From Geosiphon pyriformis uo1 (Eukaryota; Fungi; Glomeromycota), in assembly GCA_016748015.1 (NCBI GenBank), contig JAAOMT010000436.1, positions 1,610,847 to 1,674,846 of the forward strand: 64,000 nt of DNA. Reading direction: 5' to 3'. The position numbers and the translations under genes were made by a program. Position 1 is the stretch's first letter; each line of letters opens with the position of its first letter. Positions 1 to 13,739 of the stretch are shown in pieces. A model generated the notes under the pieces. That model did no database searches. It was not told the origin of the DNA and saw only the letters and a program-made list of their open reading frames with translations.

Positions 1-160
1 CGCTAGAAGTAATTGATTATAATTTAAAGATGATAGATTATCTATTCCAACTGTATCTGGCTTTGTTTGAAATATTTCTTCATTTAACGAGCTCGAAACA
101 GGATTCTGAACATTAAACAAATTAGGAACTGATGAAGTGGATGTCGGAAGCGAATATACT
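1..160 (-). pseudogene. 5'-deleted tandem duplicate of the 887-2308 lipase gene (exon 1 fragment; the rest lies left of the window)
   Basis: 1-155 is near-identical to 1955-2109, then jumps to sequence matching 2307 onward. The ~197-bp deletion removes the signal peptide and the G of the ATG. Upstream 160-420 resembles 2311-2520 (shared ATCAGGTGACTAACA). Confidence 0.8.
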
Positions 161-886
161 ATTTGATTTAAAATTTAGTTTTTTAATTTATTTATTAAAT
201 TTTCTACTGATTAAAGATAGTTGTGCAGAAACAGCAATCGATAATCTTTAGCATATCTAATCAATCGCTTACATAATATTTTTCGTGGGGAAACTAACAT
301 CAGGTGACTAACAATCTGCTTTTAATGTTTTATTGTTTTGATAATTCAACTCATCTGGTCGGGAATTTGAAATTGTAAAAAGGTAATTTGTTTGATCTTT
401 TGCTTATAAAATCTTTACTTGTTTCCTTAAGTAAAAAGAAAATATTTTGTACAAGTTAATTTAACAAAAAAAAACATAACAAGTATTTTTATAATTATTT
501 ATTGTTTCAATTAATAAAAATATTTTAATTTTAATTTTTCAATACAAGTTTCAAGACAGAAATGTTGCTAACTCATAGAACATGATCATTTCCTTGAGAG
601 GGATAATGTGGTGATGGTTATTTCAACTCTCAGTACTTTGGAGTTGATTGTTTTACATGCTATTTTGTTAAAAAAATTATCGCTAATAGTGGAGTTTGCA
701 TTCAGTACGAATACTTTAGAAATATTTATTTAAGCATTCGAAAATTAATTGATTAAAACTCCTGCTACATTGCATTAAATTTATATTAAGTATTACAAAA
801 ATGCTTATATGAGTGTTATGGAAATATGATTCCACAATAATTAAAACCTTTTATATCCCAAAAAGACCTTTTGATTCGACTCAAAA

Positions 887-2308
887 CTATTGGGAATTAC
901 ACGCCATTAAAACACCAAAGTAGGGACCTTCATGTTTCCACCCATAACCTAGTTTCTTTTTGTTTACACAAACCTATAAACAAAGATGCTAGATATTAGA
1001 TTAAATTCATGATAAAGGGTAATGCTTGTGTCTCTGAAATATATCTCGAATGCAGAAACGAAATTTAAATGGTCTTACATCACTCTCCAATTCTCCATTT
1101 TTACGTGGACACGTGAAAGTTTTATAGGCGTTATCTACTCTATCTGACCAAATCTCTTCTCCGAAATGAGAATAATAATTACCCCAATGTGTAAAGATAT
1201 TGTTTAAATGTGGGGCTGTTGCAACATCATCATTGGTGATTGTAGCTCGTATCAGCCGAACTTTTTCATTAGCATATTTTGCGAAAGGAATATCCCCAAT
1301 TCTTGGAAGTCCATATGTATATATCGTAGGTTTTGGTAGATCAGGTATTAATATTGTGAGGGTAAGTGCTCCAAGCGTTGCCATTACTTTTATATAAAGT
1401 GGTTTAATAAATTAATTGAAAAATAGAATAATTGGATATGCTAATAAGATTCAATTCAGATATACCTCCTCCCAAGCTATATCCAACTAAAATCACCTCA
1501 TTTAGAGGCTTTGCTTTGTCCATCCAGTTTAAAAACAGTTGCACAAATGCATCTTTTATATATAAAAAGTGTGCAAGAAATCCTTTATTAACTTTTAATC
1601 CTTTGATATTTGGTTTAGGGATGAAAGAGCTCAATTCTTTGTGTTCGAAAATAAGATCTGAAAGAACTTTTTCATCTGCAGCAAATGTTACCACAATTTT
1701 CTCTTTTCTGATATCCGGCTTGACTTTTAGAAAAAAACAAATTTTAACCAAGTTTTAATATAAAGTTTAAAATTTTAAAAATAAAATGCTGGAACGAAAT
1801 ATAAAAAGTTTCTACCGTAAACAATTTCAGACAGCTGGGTTGAATCTGTGTGACAGAGTGCTTGGCTCGCAAATGGCGCATACATAAAAAGATTATATGC
1901 GTCGGCCTGGGAAGTGTCAAGTTTTGATACATCAAGTACATGTTCGTCTCCATCCGCTAGAAGTAATTGATTATAATTTAAAGATGATAGATTATCTATT
2001 CCAACTGTATCTGGCTTTGTTTGAAATATTTCTTCATTTAACGAGCTCGAAACAGGATTCTGAACATTAAACAAATTAAGAACTGATGAAGTGGATGTCG
2101 TAAACGAATTAATTGGCGTGAAAAGATTGTCATCAGAGCCGGGACCGTTTTTAAGGTTTGTTATTAGTTCATTATTATTAGCGTTGAAATCATCTAACGC
2201 TAAACCATTTGTTTCCAAATCTATTGGCTTGCTCTCGACAAGTAGATTCAAAGCGTAAGACGCTGCAAAAATCGAAAATATTCTTAATCCTAAACACACT
2301 TTCAACAT
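887..2308 (-). CDS. Secreted class-3 lipase, Ser-bearing, 4 exons (2308-1816, 1723-1466, 1386-1079, 973-887), ~381 aa
   Basis: GT-AG introns join to an open 1146-nt CDS. Signal peptide then acidic pro-region. Motifs VGYSLGG, YTYGLPRIGD, RATITNDDV (Asp), YSHFGEEIW, HEGPYFG (His). Confidence 0.88.
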
Positions 2309-4902
2309 ACTATTTGAATTAAAAATTTAGTTTTTTAAATTTATTTATTAAAGTTTTTTACATTTTTATACTGATTAAGAAAGTTGTGGAAATCAGCAAT
2401 TGATAATCTTTAACAATCGTTTGCATAATATTTATTATGGGGGACACTAATATCAGGTGACTAACAGTCTCTTTTCTGGGAATATTTTAAAAGGGAATTT
2501 TGTTTGGTCTTTTACTTATAATTTCTTTCAATTTTTTTTCTTATCTTAGAATCTTCAGTATCAAAACTTATTTTGGATCTGCTTAATTATGAAATGAAAA
2601 AGGCAAACACTGTGAAACTTTATGGTTTCAAAAATATTTCAATTCGCAATAGCCTTTGACAATTAGAGGAGAAATCTATGAAAAAATTGGATCATTTTTT
2701 CCTTGAATAACTAAAAATTTTTTTATTGTCCAGCTACTTGATACAAGTATGTGATATTCATTTCAAGAAATAAAATTGTGTCACGGGGACCTAATGGATT
2801 TTAAATAATGTTTGTGTAGTATTTTAAAAAGTTTAGAGCTATATAGAATTTATATTGAACATTATTTTGTTCGAAACCATAACAAAACAATGATATGATA
2901 TTTACATTCCAATTATTTAATCCTTTGATTTTCAAGAGTTTCCCATGTAACCATGAACTTCCTGTGCGTTTTTGTATATTTTTATTTAAAAACCTAGTTT
3001 CATATTTGGGTTTTATTTATAAATCACCAGTTTCCCAGCATTTTGGATTTGGTTCTGTTTTGTACTTTTCAACTGGATTTTTTTAGTTCTTCCAATTGAA
3101 GCCGCTTCATAAATTTTTTGTGCCTAATTTGTAGATATTACCTTTCATATCAATTGAAAGGTTTCTCCGCCAGATTAAATTTCTTTATGATGAGCAAGAA
3201 ATTGACTAAAAATTAACTTGACAAAAAGAATTTAATTTGTAAACATATTAGTTGATCCATTCGATCAAACTAACATGGTGTCGACGATTTAACAAGAAAG
3301 TATTCTGTATAAAGAGGAGAAATTTAATTTGATACAAATTTGAGATTATAGAACGTCGCATTAATCTTGATTCCAGCATGACTCATGAATTTTACATGAA
3401 AGATGCTGATGTTTCTTTGAGATACAAAAGAAATTCCTTTATTATTTTTTTGTTGAAATTTTAACATTTGTAAAAGAGTATAAAATTTTTATTTCCATTT
3501 TTTGACTACGAAAACAATATATTGAGCGAGAAATATTCAATAGCTTTTAACAGCGGTAACTGCTCTCAACAACTCTGATCGTTATTAAGAAATAAACTTG
3601 GGGATCATTTTGATATAAATTTATATCGCTGCATTTACAATAAATATTTGACCTTGGCCGAAAACCAATAATTTAAACTTTTAGTGATCCGAGAATGGAA
3701 AAAAGTGGATCTCTTTGGTCTCCTTAAACATCAAATATTGCGTGTTTTTGTTCCAAGTTTAGATTCTCATTTGAAAAAGAGCATGAAGAAAATTTTAGCC
3801 TTTTTTAGAATTATCATATTTATTTGTAATGATTGCTCAAACTTAATAGCCCCCTATGATGACACACGTATCTTACCATCATAAGAAAAGCAAAATAAAT
3901 GTTTTTTTTTAGAAATCAACTTATTTGAAATATGAAGTATATTAGCTTCATCTGAAGGGTGTTCAGTTGAAATAAATTTAAATTTGCTCCACACATTTAT
4001 TTTTAAAGATTGGGATTGATTTTACCAAAAAATTTTGCAAAAGATAAAAAGCTTTTTAGAAATACAATTGATTTAAGGCTTTTAAAAATAAAGTTTTTTT
4101 TAATGGAAAAAAATTTACTCATTTTAGAAGTGTGCTTTTTTTGGCATTAAATTTTACTTTTTTAGAAATTGTCGTATCTCAAAAAAAGGTAAATCTTTCC
4201 TAATTTCCAACTTTGACTTTTCTCGTTAATTATCAATTTTTTTCCCGCTATTTTTTTGTACAATCAACAAATGTCAAAGAGTCGACGAATTTTACAATCA
4301 AAATTTTAATTTAATGAGATATCGTGAAGGTTTCTGAAAGTTTTATTTCAAATTAAAAATAATTTTTAAAAATGACATTTAATAAATATATAATTTTTCG
4401 TGGTTATTTTTGAAAAATATCCTTTCGAGAAAAAGCCTCTTTTGGTTTCATTAGAAAATTCTTTTCAATGAGTTTGGATTGAAAATTTTATTTCAGCTTC
4501 AACCTATTGTAAATTTTAAAAGTTAGCTGGAGTTTAAATAAAAAAATTCTTTCTCAAGATCCCGTTAAATCGAAATTTAAGATAATCTAATTTGTTAATT
4601 TTTCTATAAAGCGAAATTTAATTATAATCAAAAGTTTTTAGTAACTTTGAAACATTATTTAAATGAGGTATATATATTGTTTTTGAGATTCTTTTTGACA
4701 GAGATTAGCCCTGAAGAGTTCAAAATCTTTTGTCATTACATGTATCAATAATCAATACCATGCTATGAATCAGAAGGTAAAAAGAATTTTTAGAAACCAG
4801 ATTTATTTTTTAACAAAAATAAAAGCTTTTCTCAAACATGCAAATGACCAGATTCTCATATTTATGTTTTAAAAATTTCAACTTAAAATATTAGTTGGGA
4901 TT

Positions 4903-6385
4903 TCACTTTTTAGAGCAGTCCATTAAAGTATTGTAATAAGGTCCATTATGTACGATGAACAACCATCCTTGCCAATAATTATTGATACATATCTGAAATC
5001 ACAAAAAAATAGATAAAGATGAGATAATCACAAAAAAATTAATTGCCTCTTAAATAAACATACCTTGCTCTCAAGTTGACCCTTTAATGGATTACAAATA
5101 AAAGTTTTCTCTTCATCCTTCACCTTCTTTACCCAATACTCAACCCCGAAATGAGAATATAGATTATCCCAATGATAGGGAATAATCCTCGCTGTTGGGC
5201 TTCTAGGGACATCGTCATCTTTATATGTAGCTCGTACCAGTCGAATTTGTTTCATGGCAAATTTGGCAAATGGGACATCTCCCACTCTCGGAGTGCCAAA
5301 TGTGTAAACTACTGGTTTTGGTAAGGCCGGATATTTATTCCTCACAACCAGAGCAGCAAATATAGCGTAAACTATTTTGAAACAATAAAAGTAAAAGTAG
5401 GTTTAGAGTAATTACAAGTTATTATTATATAATAGAATCAGAACTTGAACGAAGTCATAGATAAGCACTTACCACCGCCTAAGCTAAATCCTACAAAATG
5501 AATCTCTTTTACTTTTTTTGCTTTCGCAATTAACTGTGAAAAAAGTTTAAGAAACGGGGCCTTAGCCGGTAAAAAGCCTTCAAGGACAACCGAGCCGACT
5601 TTTAACCCTTCAATATTTGTTATATTATATTTGGATAGCGCGGTCTGGCTGTAAAGAGTATTTCGTAAATCTTTTTCGTCCCCAGCAAATGTAATCAAGA
5701 TCTTTTCTTTTACGAAAGTTTGAACTTTCAGCAATGCATTTTTAAATGAATTCATTTTCAAAAATTATTAAGAATAATACTAAAAGCATATTAGAAATTT
5801 ATATTTTAAATTTTATAACAAAAATTTACCAGATATTTTATTGGAAAGCGCAATTTTTTCTTTACCGCAGATTACTTGCTTTGCTAATGGTGCATATGAG
5901 ATCAAATTTTTTACATCCGGATTTGATTGATTAGCTTCAACAAGAACCTCTTTTTCTGGCGAATTTTTGAGTTCATCCTTTGCGAATAAAGAGTCAGCCT
6001 CTTCATTGCTATACATCGTATCCAAAAGAGGCTCATTGTCCGCATCCGAAAATACATTAGGCAATTCTGACTCTATATTAGAAGAGATGAAATCAGCTCC
6101 TGTTTCTGCATGATTTTCGACAAAGGAATTTTCTTCGCTAACAGCTGGATCTCCAATCAATGATAATTCAGGAATGACGGACTTTTCAGAATCAACATTG
6201 AGATATGAATCCGAATCATTCCACAATTCCTTCTCTTCTTGGACGTCGTCAAAGAAATTTAATTTCTGTTCAGTTTGTAGTCGTTTTTGTGGATTAAGAG
6301 AAAATTCAACAGGGTTTGATTCGACTACGAATTGAAAGACTAGGCAATAGATGAATACAGCACAAAAAATTTCAAATCGCGCCAT
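4903..6385 (-). CDS. Secreted class-3 lipase, Ser-bearing, 4 exons (6385-5830, 5724-5473, 5371-5064, 4992-4903), ~401 aa
   Basis: Open 1206-nt spliced CDS from MARFEIF. Signal peptide and acidic pro-region. Motifs VGFSLGG, YTFGTPRVGD, YKDDDVP, HNGPYY. Confidence 0.88.
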
Positions 6386-8289
6386 TTTATCGGGAATACT
6401 TTGTAAAATGAGATTGTATAAATAAAATATTTTCAACAAAATTTCACTAGCATTTGAGATCAAACTGAAACCAGGATGCCTTTATTATTCATTTGAGCGC
6501 TGTAAAGTTTTGAAAATAATGCTACGATCATAATTATTAATATCAAGTAATCAAATAAAAACACTGGTGTGAAATTCTTAAAAATTGAAACAGGGTAATT
6601 AAAATTTTTATATCAGAGATTTTGTCTAACATCTTTTCAATTAAATGATTATTATATCTTCTTACTTACTTTTATCATAGATTTTAATATTTCAATATAA
6701 TTTTTATATTATATCATAATTTACCCAATAATTTCTTTCATTCAATCCTGTTCTTGATTCAGATTTTGTTAAATTATTTTAATATAACTATGACTGGGTG
6801 TAACAATTTTTTTTAGTTTTTATTGACAATTTTATATGCAATTTTTAAAATGAATTAATAGTTAAATTAATAATTAGTTTCTTACAAAATAATGCTGGCT
6901 AAAAAAAGTATTATTATGTTAACTAAATTAAATTTTGATTTAATTTTTTTTAAACACAAAATTAATTGGAAATTATATAATGCTTATTTATTTTATTATA
7001 TATTTAGTTAAAATTTATCTTGGTTATATTTTAAGTTTTATTATTAGACTTATAAATAAGTAGATATTCTAAATTTATAGATATATATATAATTACCAAA
7101 TTTACCGATATATATACTTGCATGTGTATCTTTTTATAAATATATAAAAATTAATCAAAATTTTCTCTTATTTTAAAAATAAGTTGATAATTAGATTAAT
7201 AATAAAGTTAGTAACTAATTTGTAACTTTTATTAAATGTAAAGAATAAAATAAATAAATTTTAAATTTTTTTTCGATATAAAAAAGAAGATATAAAAACT
7301 ATAAAATTTAGGTTAATAAAAAAAAACGTCTTTTAAGCTACAACCAATTTTATAAAATTTATATAAAATTTATTATTTTAAAATTAAATTTAATAATAAA
7401 TTTATGCTAAAAAAGTCTCATAAATTGATCAGTACAAAAACACACATTAAGTTAACAACAATATATAATCATCATGTTTATTGTTATTTTTTGACATATA
7501 ACATAAACTCTGTGAAGAAAAAAAATCAAGAAAACTTGTTTTAAGATATAATTATGGATTATATTATTTCTTAAAATATTGTTAAAAATTATATTGAATG
7601 TTATAATTTTAAAAAATAAATTCAAAGGTAGAAAAATAGTTTGTAATTGTCAATTAAAGAGAATAAAGCTGTTATAATTCATATATTAATTGGTGCTTTT
7701 AGTATTTAATAACAGATATCAAATATTTTCAATAATCATTTTATTAAATCATTAATTAAAATATGGGAAATTAGTAGTTAATACAGGATTAAGATATTAA
7801 AAATTGTGATTATAAGTTTATTAATATAATTTTCATCATAACACTATTATATAAACGTATAGTCTTAAAATATAAAAGTTTATTAACAATTAATATCTTG
7901 AATATAAATTTTAAATATATGTTTTAGCAAAATTCAAATAAATTTTTAATAGTCTGTTCTTGATTCAATTAGAAAACTTTAAATTAATTTCAAAAACAAA
8001 AGCAAAGAATTAAAGCAATTTATCATAAAGGAATAAAATGATATTCTAAATTCAATTTTAATAAGTTTAGTCAAATCAATAAAATGATGAATTATGTGAA
8101 CTTGATAAGAAAAGAGAATTCACAATTTACTGAGTATACAACAATTGTAAACGTACAGATAATCTTTTTTGCCATTTCCATATCATTGTATCTTTAAGAA
8201 TGTGAGATAAATATTATTTTTAATTCAATAATTTGTATAAAGAATTTGATTTTATTCTTTTATTTATGAAAATCAAAAGTTCACTAGGT

Positions 8290-9791
8290 TTAAGATTGGT
8301 TACAATGACCCATTGTAACACCGAAATATGGACCAGTATGAAAAAAAGTGTCTGGAACATTTCTTATTGATTGCCCAGAATTGCAATTCTAAAGGAAATT
8401 TTTTAGAGTTTAAAATAGTTGGATCATTGAAAAAAATCTTTTAGAAGATAAAGACAAAGATAAAACTAACCAAATTCTCTTGATAGTTTCTTCCATCACC
8501 CCATTTTCGTCTGTGTTTCACCGGGATCGAAGAAAAATTACAGTCCCAATATAGATAAGAATTATAATTTACATCATCAGGGCAAACACAGTTTTTTAAT
8601 GGCTCAATCCAAGTTTCAACCCCGAAATGTTTGTAATCCATTGAAGACGAAGGAAAGTGTGGAACATGATCATTTCCATGGGTAATGCGGTTGTAACGAA
8701 CTATTCTGTTTAATAATTTACTAAAGTGGCTATTTCCAACTCTTGGGGCTCCAAAAGTGGTAATTTCACATGCTATTTTATTCAGATTAATCTCAGGCCA
8801 AAGATTAAAATTTCCAATCCTATATCTTTCATAGGTCCATCGAACCCCAGCGATTGATGCATATGCTAGAATTTCGTAGATATTTTAAACATTTGAAATA
8901 TAAATAGGTGACTTTTATTCAAGTAAAAAAATTTTAACAAACCTCCACCAATACCATGCCCAATGAAAAAAATGTCTCTAATACTCTGGGTTGCATTCAA
9001 AAAGATTCGCATACTTTTTATTAATTTCTGAAATACTGATTCCAAGGATTCGAACATTATTTTATTAACGCTGGCTGCATCGTCAGATATAGGGAATCCT
9101 TCAAGTTTAAATGAAATTTGTGTTGAATTTAGAGAAGACCATTGTAATTTTGTAAATTTCTAAAAAATTAGAAAAACTTTATTATTTAATATATATATAT
9201 ATATATATGCTAGCAAAATTCTTATTTGTTTGAGTATTAAGAAAATATTTACAGGTCCCGTAAAAATTACAAGCAGACTGCTATAAGACGGCATTCGCTT
9301 TAAAATCCCAAAATCAACTATAAAGTAAAATCTAGGCTGTTTTATTAATACTTTTTTATATCAATTCAATAAGTGTCACATTTAAAGTAAATAAAACCTC
9401 TTAAATCCCAAAGAGACCTTCTGAATTCAAATTCATTATTGTAGAGGCAGTATCGATTATTGATAGATGAAGCAAGCTGTTGATAAAAGAGCAAATATTC
9501 AGTTCCATCAATTATTGGTCTTTTGAAAAATGATTGTGAGCGTTTTAATCTCTGGTCAATTTTTAAAGGAACTTTGAATTGATTTGTCCACATTTTTAGG
9601 TTAGAATAGCTCTGATTTGCATCCTTTTTTAACGAAATTTTGAAATACTTGATTTGTTCAGAGCCTATCAAACTTTTTAAATTGATACTGAACAAAATAT
9701 AAAATGCTAATGATATAAAAATTAAAATAGCAAATTTATTTTTTATCAAATTTTTGAATTTGCATGTGTTTAAGTTTGTGGAAGGGATCAT
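8290..9791 (-). CDS. Class-3 lipase-like protein lacking the catalytic Ser (GHGIG), 5 exons (9791-9398, 9317-9253, 9159-8943, 8865-8471, 8388-8290), ~389 aa
   Basis: Open 1170-nt spliced CDS. N-terminal hydrophobic anchor and LKRS site. Motifs IGHGIGG, TFGAPRVGN, RITHGNDHVP, HFGVETW, HTGPYFG. Confidence 0.87.
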
Positions 9792-10739
9792 TATGTGAAA
9801 TTTTTTTCTATTGGAAATATTTATAAACAGTGTAAAATGGGGATTTAACTTCCAGATCTTTATTACTAATTAGAATCCCCGAACAGCTACTCCCCTATTT
9901 ATAATAAACTGATTCAAGATTTCGAAATAAATATGATTTTCATTCGCATATACAATTTAGCAAGTAATTTAATTTAATATTGTGGGGGGATATGAATATT
10001 TGTTTTATCGTGTTACCTTAATTTTTTAATATTAATATTGAAAGAAGTTTGATTGATTATCAGTAATTAGATTAAACTGTTTTATTTTTGATTTAGATCT
10101 TAAACTTAGAGTGATTATTCTGATCTAGCTTATATGTTCACTGGGTAGAATCATTAATATCGATAAATGTACTTGAATAGATGAAAATTTCTTAAAAAAA
10201 ATAGCTTTCAATCTAAAATTGACAATTTGGTTTTCAATATTGATATCTTATTTTTAAAGTATTTGTGAAATAATATTATCACCCTAATTCTAAACTTAAA
10301 ATAATCAATACATTAGAAATTATATATTCAAATTAACACAGTATATTTAACAATAATTATTGACAAATTCCAATTTAATAAGACAAAAAAAATTGTTTAC
10401 AATTAATTTTCACCCTATACAAGACAAGTTTTGTACAATTTGTTTTTTCAAGATGAAGCCAAAATTTAGTGATAATATTCATATTTTATATCTAAATTGA
10501 ATTATTTGTTTTACTTGAGCATTTTTTCAAATAAAAATTTTTCTATTTTAAAAATAAATCAAATTTTCAAAGTATTATATGTACACATTAAAATAGTCAG
10601 AAGTGGCTATCAACGAACAATGGAGGTTAACAATCTGTCACCTCATCACAAGAATCTAAACCTTTTACGTATGTTTGGCTATCAACTAGCTGAATTAACA
10701 CAAAAGAAACATCTATCAGCTAATTGAAACCACTTTATA

Positions 10740-11260
10740 ACTGAATGAATATCTTTTGAAACCCAAATTCTATCTTCACAATATTCGCCAATTCGATATT
10801 TTTACCGGATAAAACCCATTTAGTGCTTCCTTATAACACACTTTAAATGCCATGGTAAAAACTTTTTTATATCATATCCAATGGAATAAAAGCTAGAGAG
10901 TTCAAACTGTGATCCGAAACCACCAACCGCAGCTGTCTTCTGATACTAATAGAATGGCTTTAGACTATTCGCATTAGTTCCTCGTCCTTGTTTATAGCAA
11001 CTGGCAAGACCATTCTAGGCAATATTACCAGCCTCGGCTGCTTTTTTGAACCAGACAAAAGCTTGGTGCTTATATTGACTGATCCCAATCAAGTCAATAT
11101 AACAATATCTGTATCGAGCTTGACATAATGGATAACCAGCTTGAGCACTTTTTTGGTACAAATTAAAGGTTTGCTTTTCATTGGATATCGTGCCCAGTCT
11201 ATAGTTATAAAAATATTTAAGCAGACAAGCAAATTCTCGCTGATAAATTTCTTGGAGACA
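10740..11260 (-). pseudogene. Sel1-like repeat protein pseudogene
   Basis: Minus-strand translation LYQKSAQAGYPLCQARYRYCY..GISQYKHQAFVWFKKAAEAGNIA*NGLASCYKQGRGT..FY*YQKTAAVG matches the Sel1 consensus (A..W..KAA..G...A...LG.CY..G.G). Contains in-frame stops and frameshifts. Confidence 0.8.
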
Positions 11261-12096
11261 ATTTGAAAAACACTTTCAAGGGCTTGATTTTGTGAGAAAA
11301 TCCCACTCTTTGAGATCTCGAACTACATAAAAATTTGAATTTTTCCATTTTTTATAAAAAAACTGTTTTAGTTTCGGAAAATGGTTGGAATTTGCATGAT
11401 AATGAAATGAATAAATTTAAATCGATTAATTGATTATAATAGAATGAGAAGGGTAAAAAAGAAGGCATAATAAAATTTTCAAGTCATCCAATAATAGAGA
11501 TAAATATAATGAGTTATAAATTCTTTTTTCGAAATTTTTTTTTCGGTAAATAATGTTGTATTCTTTTTTTAAAAATGGTTGATCGAACTTATTTTTAAAA
11601 CCCAGTCCTCTATACCATACAATAGAAATTGCCAGAATTTTCATATATTGTCAGTTTCTATTTCATTTCGAGGAAAAAAAAGAACCATAACACCAGCCAC
11701 CTTTAGAAGTACTGCCTAAAGTATCTCCTTACTATAATACCCTCCATACTTACAAACATTGACACATGAGTTCTGTAATTAAGATTTAGAACAATAATGA
11801 TGATAACAGGGATATGGCAGGGAGATGACAAAAAAAATTCCTCGTCCAGAAAAATTTTAAGGGCTCCGAGTTTGTGCTTTACGCCCATGTAGTTTTGTTC
11901 TTAAAAAAAATTAGTGATTAATAATAATAATTAAAGATCCTGTAATCAATCAGATCAAAACAACACGATATTATAAATCCTTTTTTGGTTAAGATGAGCT
12001 GCTGCTCTAAAATCACATCATTTTGAAGGGAGGGCTATGTTTATAACGAATAACCTAATAATTTGAAAATTTTTTTATATAAAAACAGCCTTAATT

Positions 12097-12313
12097 TCTT
12101 TATTGCTTCTATTACTTCCCTTTATCGCTTCTCTTCATTTTTATTCACTTTGCTTCCCTTCCTTCCTTTATCACTTCCCTTCCTTTCCTTTATTTCGTCC
12201 TTTCCTTTATCGCTTCCCTTCCTTTTTTTCGTCCCTCCTTTCTCCCTTTCTCTCTTCTTTTCTCTCTTTCTCTCTTCTTTTCTTTTTTCCTGTCCTTCTC
12301 TCTCTCTTCGTTC
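12097..12313. repeat. Polypyrimidine (CT-rich) low-complexity tract
   Basis: Repeating CTTCCCTTCCTTT and CTCT units; explains the spurious ORFs at 12063-12444. Confidence 0.85.
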
Positions 12314-13510
12314 CTATGTAACTTTTTCAAGGTGGGTTTCACTGGGTATTGCACTTGTTTAAAAGTTGAAACGTTAAAAAATAAAAAAAGTAAAAAAAAT
12401 AAAAAAAAAGATTTTTTCGGAAGGAATTTGTGGTGATTTTTCAAGATAATTGTGGATCACCTCTATAATTATCTTGGACTTGTCGCGTGCACATTTTTCT
12501 TCTTAAATGATCGCAAATACAAATTGAATCATGTGACAATACTCATATATACATGTCTTTTTTTTTATAGATGACTTATTTACAACAAAATTCCTTCGTT
12601 CTTCCTTCCTGTCCTTCCTCTCTCTCTCTCTCTTCGTTTTTATGTAACTTTTTCAAGGTGGGTTTCGCTGGGTATTGTACTTGTTAAAAAGTTAAAACAA
12701 TAAAAAAAATAAAAAAAATAAAAAAAAAGTAAAAAAAATAAAAAATAAAAAAAAATAAAAAAAAAGATTTTTTCGGAAGGAATTTGTGGCGATTTTTCAA
12801 GATAATTGTGGATCACCTCTATAATTATCTTGGACTTGTCGCGTGCACATTTTTCTTCTTAAATGATCGCAAATACAAATTGGATCATGTGACAATACTC
12901 ATATATACATGTCTTTTTTTTTATAGATGACTTATTTACAACAAAATTCCTTCGTTCTTCTTTCCTGTCCTTCCTCTCTCTCTCTCTCTTCGTTTTAATG
13001 TAACTTTTTCAAGGTGGGTTTCGCTGGGTATTGTACTTGTTAAAAAGTTAAAAAAATTAAAAAAATTAAAAAAAAAATTAAAAAAAAGTAAAAAAAATAA
13101 AAAATAAAAAAAAATAAAAAAAAAGATTTTTTCGGAAGGAATTTGTGGCGATTTTTCAAGATAATTGTAGGTTATCTCTATAATTATCTTGGACTTGTCG
13201 CATGCACATTTTTCTTCTTAAATAATCACAACTACAAACTTGATCATGTGACAATACTCATAAATACTTTTTTTTTTATAGATGACTTATTTACAACAAA
13301 AGCCCTTCCTTCCTGTCCCTCCTTCTCTCTCTTCGTTCCTATGTAACTTTTTAAGGTGAGCTTCGCTGGGTATTATTCTTGTTAAAAAGTTAAACCGTTA
13401 AAACGGTTAAAAAATAAAAAAATGGAAAAAAGATTTTTTCGGTGGCAATTTTTCAGATAATTGTAAATCATCTGTATAATTATTTTGGACTTGTCGCAAC
13501 AAAAGTCCTT
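12290..13510. repeat. Tandem repeat, ~3.5 copies of a ~320-355-bp unit
   Basis: Units start near 12290, 12609, 12965 and 13313 (CTGTCC..CTCTCTTCGTT..ATGTAACTTTT..AAGGTG..CTGGGTATT). Each has an A-rich block of variable length and an internal inverted repeat CAAGATAATT..AATTATCTTG. Confidence 0.92.
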
Positions 13511-13739
13511 GAAAGCGATAAAGGTAATTATGAAAATTTCTTAGCATTGCTTTATTTATGTAATGTTTTATCATGTACAATATTTAAAGAACTATGTAAT
13601 AAAAACTTGTAATTTAACAATAACTAATAATAAAGTTCTAAGTAAATTCTTAATTTTATTAATAAAATTAGCATTGAGATTGTGTTAAAGCTAACCAGCT
13701 TACCAACCCAAAGCTGTAAAATAGTTTCATGTGTTGATC

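Noticed and set aside
1200-1758. Plus-strand ORFs opposite lipase exons (also 32207-32425, 49280-49501)
   Set aside because: Antisense shadows of lipase exons.
6700-7970. Short shared words (CTGTTCTTGATTCA, ACAGGATT) suggesting a MITE/foldback
   Set aside because: Matches are too short in very AT-rich DNA; no TIR/TSD pair could be defined.
11600-11890. Possible small Cys-containing spliced gene (MGVKHKLG.. / SCVNVCKYGGYY / GGWCY)
   Set aside because: Could not build a consistent open spliced frame or recognise a family.
12063-12444. Three hydrophobic or Lys/Arg-rich ORFs
   Set aside because: Translations of the CT-rich low-complexity tract; no gene structure.
12290-13510. CRISPR-like array
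   Set aside because: Whole ~340-bp units repeat with no unique spacers or cas genes, in a eukaryotic context.
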